A stretch of 64,000 nucleotides of DNA. Origin: Pseudovirgaria hyperparasitica. Its lineage: Eukaryota. The stretch's first letter is position 1. Every line of letters starts with the position of its first letter. The notes below the pieces were generated by a model. It was not told the origin of the DNA. It ran no database searches and saw only the letters and a program-made list of their open reading frames with translations. Location of the stretch: NCBI GenBank assembly GCA_010093815.1, contig ML996570.1; one strand, written 5' to 3'. The position numbers and the translations under genes were made by a program. Below, piece by piece: positions 63,242 through 64,000 of this stretch.

Positions 63242-64000
63242 TCAAGCCGCTGATGCCATGATACATTGTCCAACCGACGACGGCCTCGATGACATCCACT
63301 GATGGCCGTTTTGACCGGAACGTGTCTCCCTTGCCAGATGTCCAAGCACCTGGATGTACGGCCAGGAGCAACCCCAGGAGGTCAAGGTCCGCAGAATTCG
63401 CTCTCCTCTCTCCGCAATCCGGATTGGACCTGTGGGCTCGCTTAGGTCGCCAACTCCAGTAAGGAATGCACGCATCGACTTCCCGTGCTTGACAAACGAC
63501 TGCACGAGCTCGTCGTCCGACGGTCGGTCTAGGTTGATGACGACTGGTCGTCCAGAGTCGGTATCAGACGACGAGTCGTCGCCGTTGGTCTCGGTACCCT
63601 GAGGCCATTGGAAAGTCGAGTACGACCAGAGCACCAGAGACGCTAGAAATATCGCGGCTGGCTCGTAGAAGCCGGCCGCCGAATATCTGCCAACGTGCCA
63701 GAACAATACTCCAGCATGTATCATGGCCAGTCTGGCCTTATACTGGTCATGTTGCAGCCACTTGTGGATCTCCCGGCGTGTCTTCGCCTCGTCTGTTGCA
63801 CTGCTGAAAGGCTGCAGACCTGCCCGGTGGAACGCAAGCTTCGAGATGCTCTCGTAGGGAGTCAGCAGCACGATTCGCGCCAGGTGGAGATGCAGAACCG
63901 TGGGATGTTCCATGCCCGACGCAGCCCCAATGACGCTGTTTGCACTCCAATGGAGGACATCTAGACAGTCGCATGCCGCGTTTCTCCAAGCCCCGAAAAG
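63242..64000 (-). CDS. C-terminal part of a fungal-specific transcription factor (5' end outside the window)
   Basis: VLHLHLARIVLLTP, DQYKARLAMIHAGVLFWH, FYEPAAIFLASLVLW, LDRPSDDELVQSFV, GVGDL are typical C-terminal blocks of fungal zinc-finger transcription factors. Confidence 0.75.
   Translation of the reverse strand, partial: LFGAWRNAACDCLDVLHWSANSVIGAASGMEHPTVLHLHLARIVLLTPYESISKLAFHRAGLQPFSSATDEAKTRREIHKWLQHDQYKARLAMIHAGVLFWHVGRYSAAGFYEPAAIFLASLVLWSYSTFQWPQGTETNGDDSSSDTDSGRPVVINLDRPSDDELVQSFVKHGKSMRAFLTGVGDLSEPTGPIRIAERGERILRTLTSWGCSWPYIQVLGHLARETRSGQNGHQWMSSRPSSVGQCIMASAA

Overview
Filamentous ascomycete (Pezizomycotina) genomic DNA with short GT-AG introns, in three zones. (1) 1-~5.7 kb is an AT-rich, RIP-erased repeat block. 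It holds the 3' part of a Ty3/Gypsy chromovirus (integrase, chromodomain, PPT, 214-bp LTR) and unclassified relics. (2) ~6-45 kb has moderate GC and is gene-sparse. It contains a single-pass membrane protein, a GT31 glycosyltransferase, a repeat protein with an internal stop, a CE5 esterase, a head-to-head FSH1/LovG-type hydrolase + methyltransferase-less highly reducing PKS, an alpha/beta-hydrolase pseudogene, TRS20, MRPL31, an SPT small subunit, a PTH11-like protein and a thymine 7-hydroxylase, separated by decayed sequence. (3) ~45-64 kb is microsatellite-rich with GC-rich codons. It contains a hyaluronan-synthase-like GT2 divergent from an acyltransferase-3 gene, a tiny Zn2Cys6 ORF, a tannase/feruloyl esterase, HEX1, a CE1-type esterase, a GH75 chitosanase and the 3' end of a transcription factor. 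Best leads: a possible acylated-exopolysaccharide module (GT2 + AT3 + mini Zn2Cys6), an AUG-less spliced N-terminal extension of HEX1 (possible CUG start), and the minimal HR-PKS/hydrolase pair. All calls come from manual motif reading and recalled family knowledge; no searches were run.
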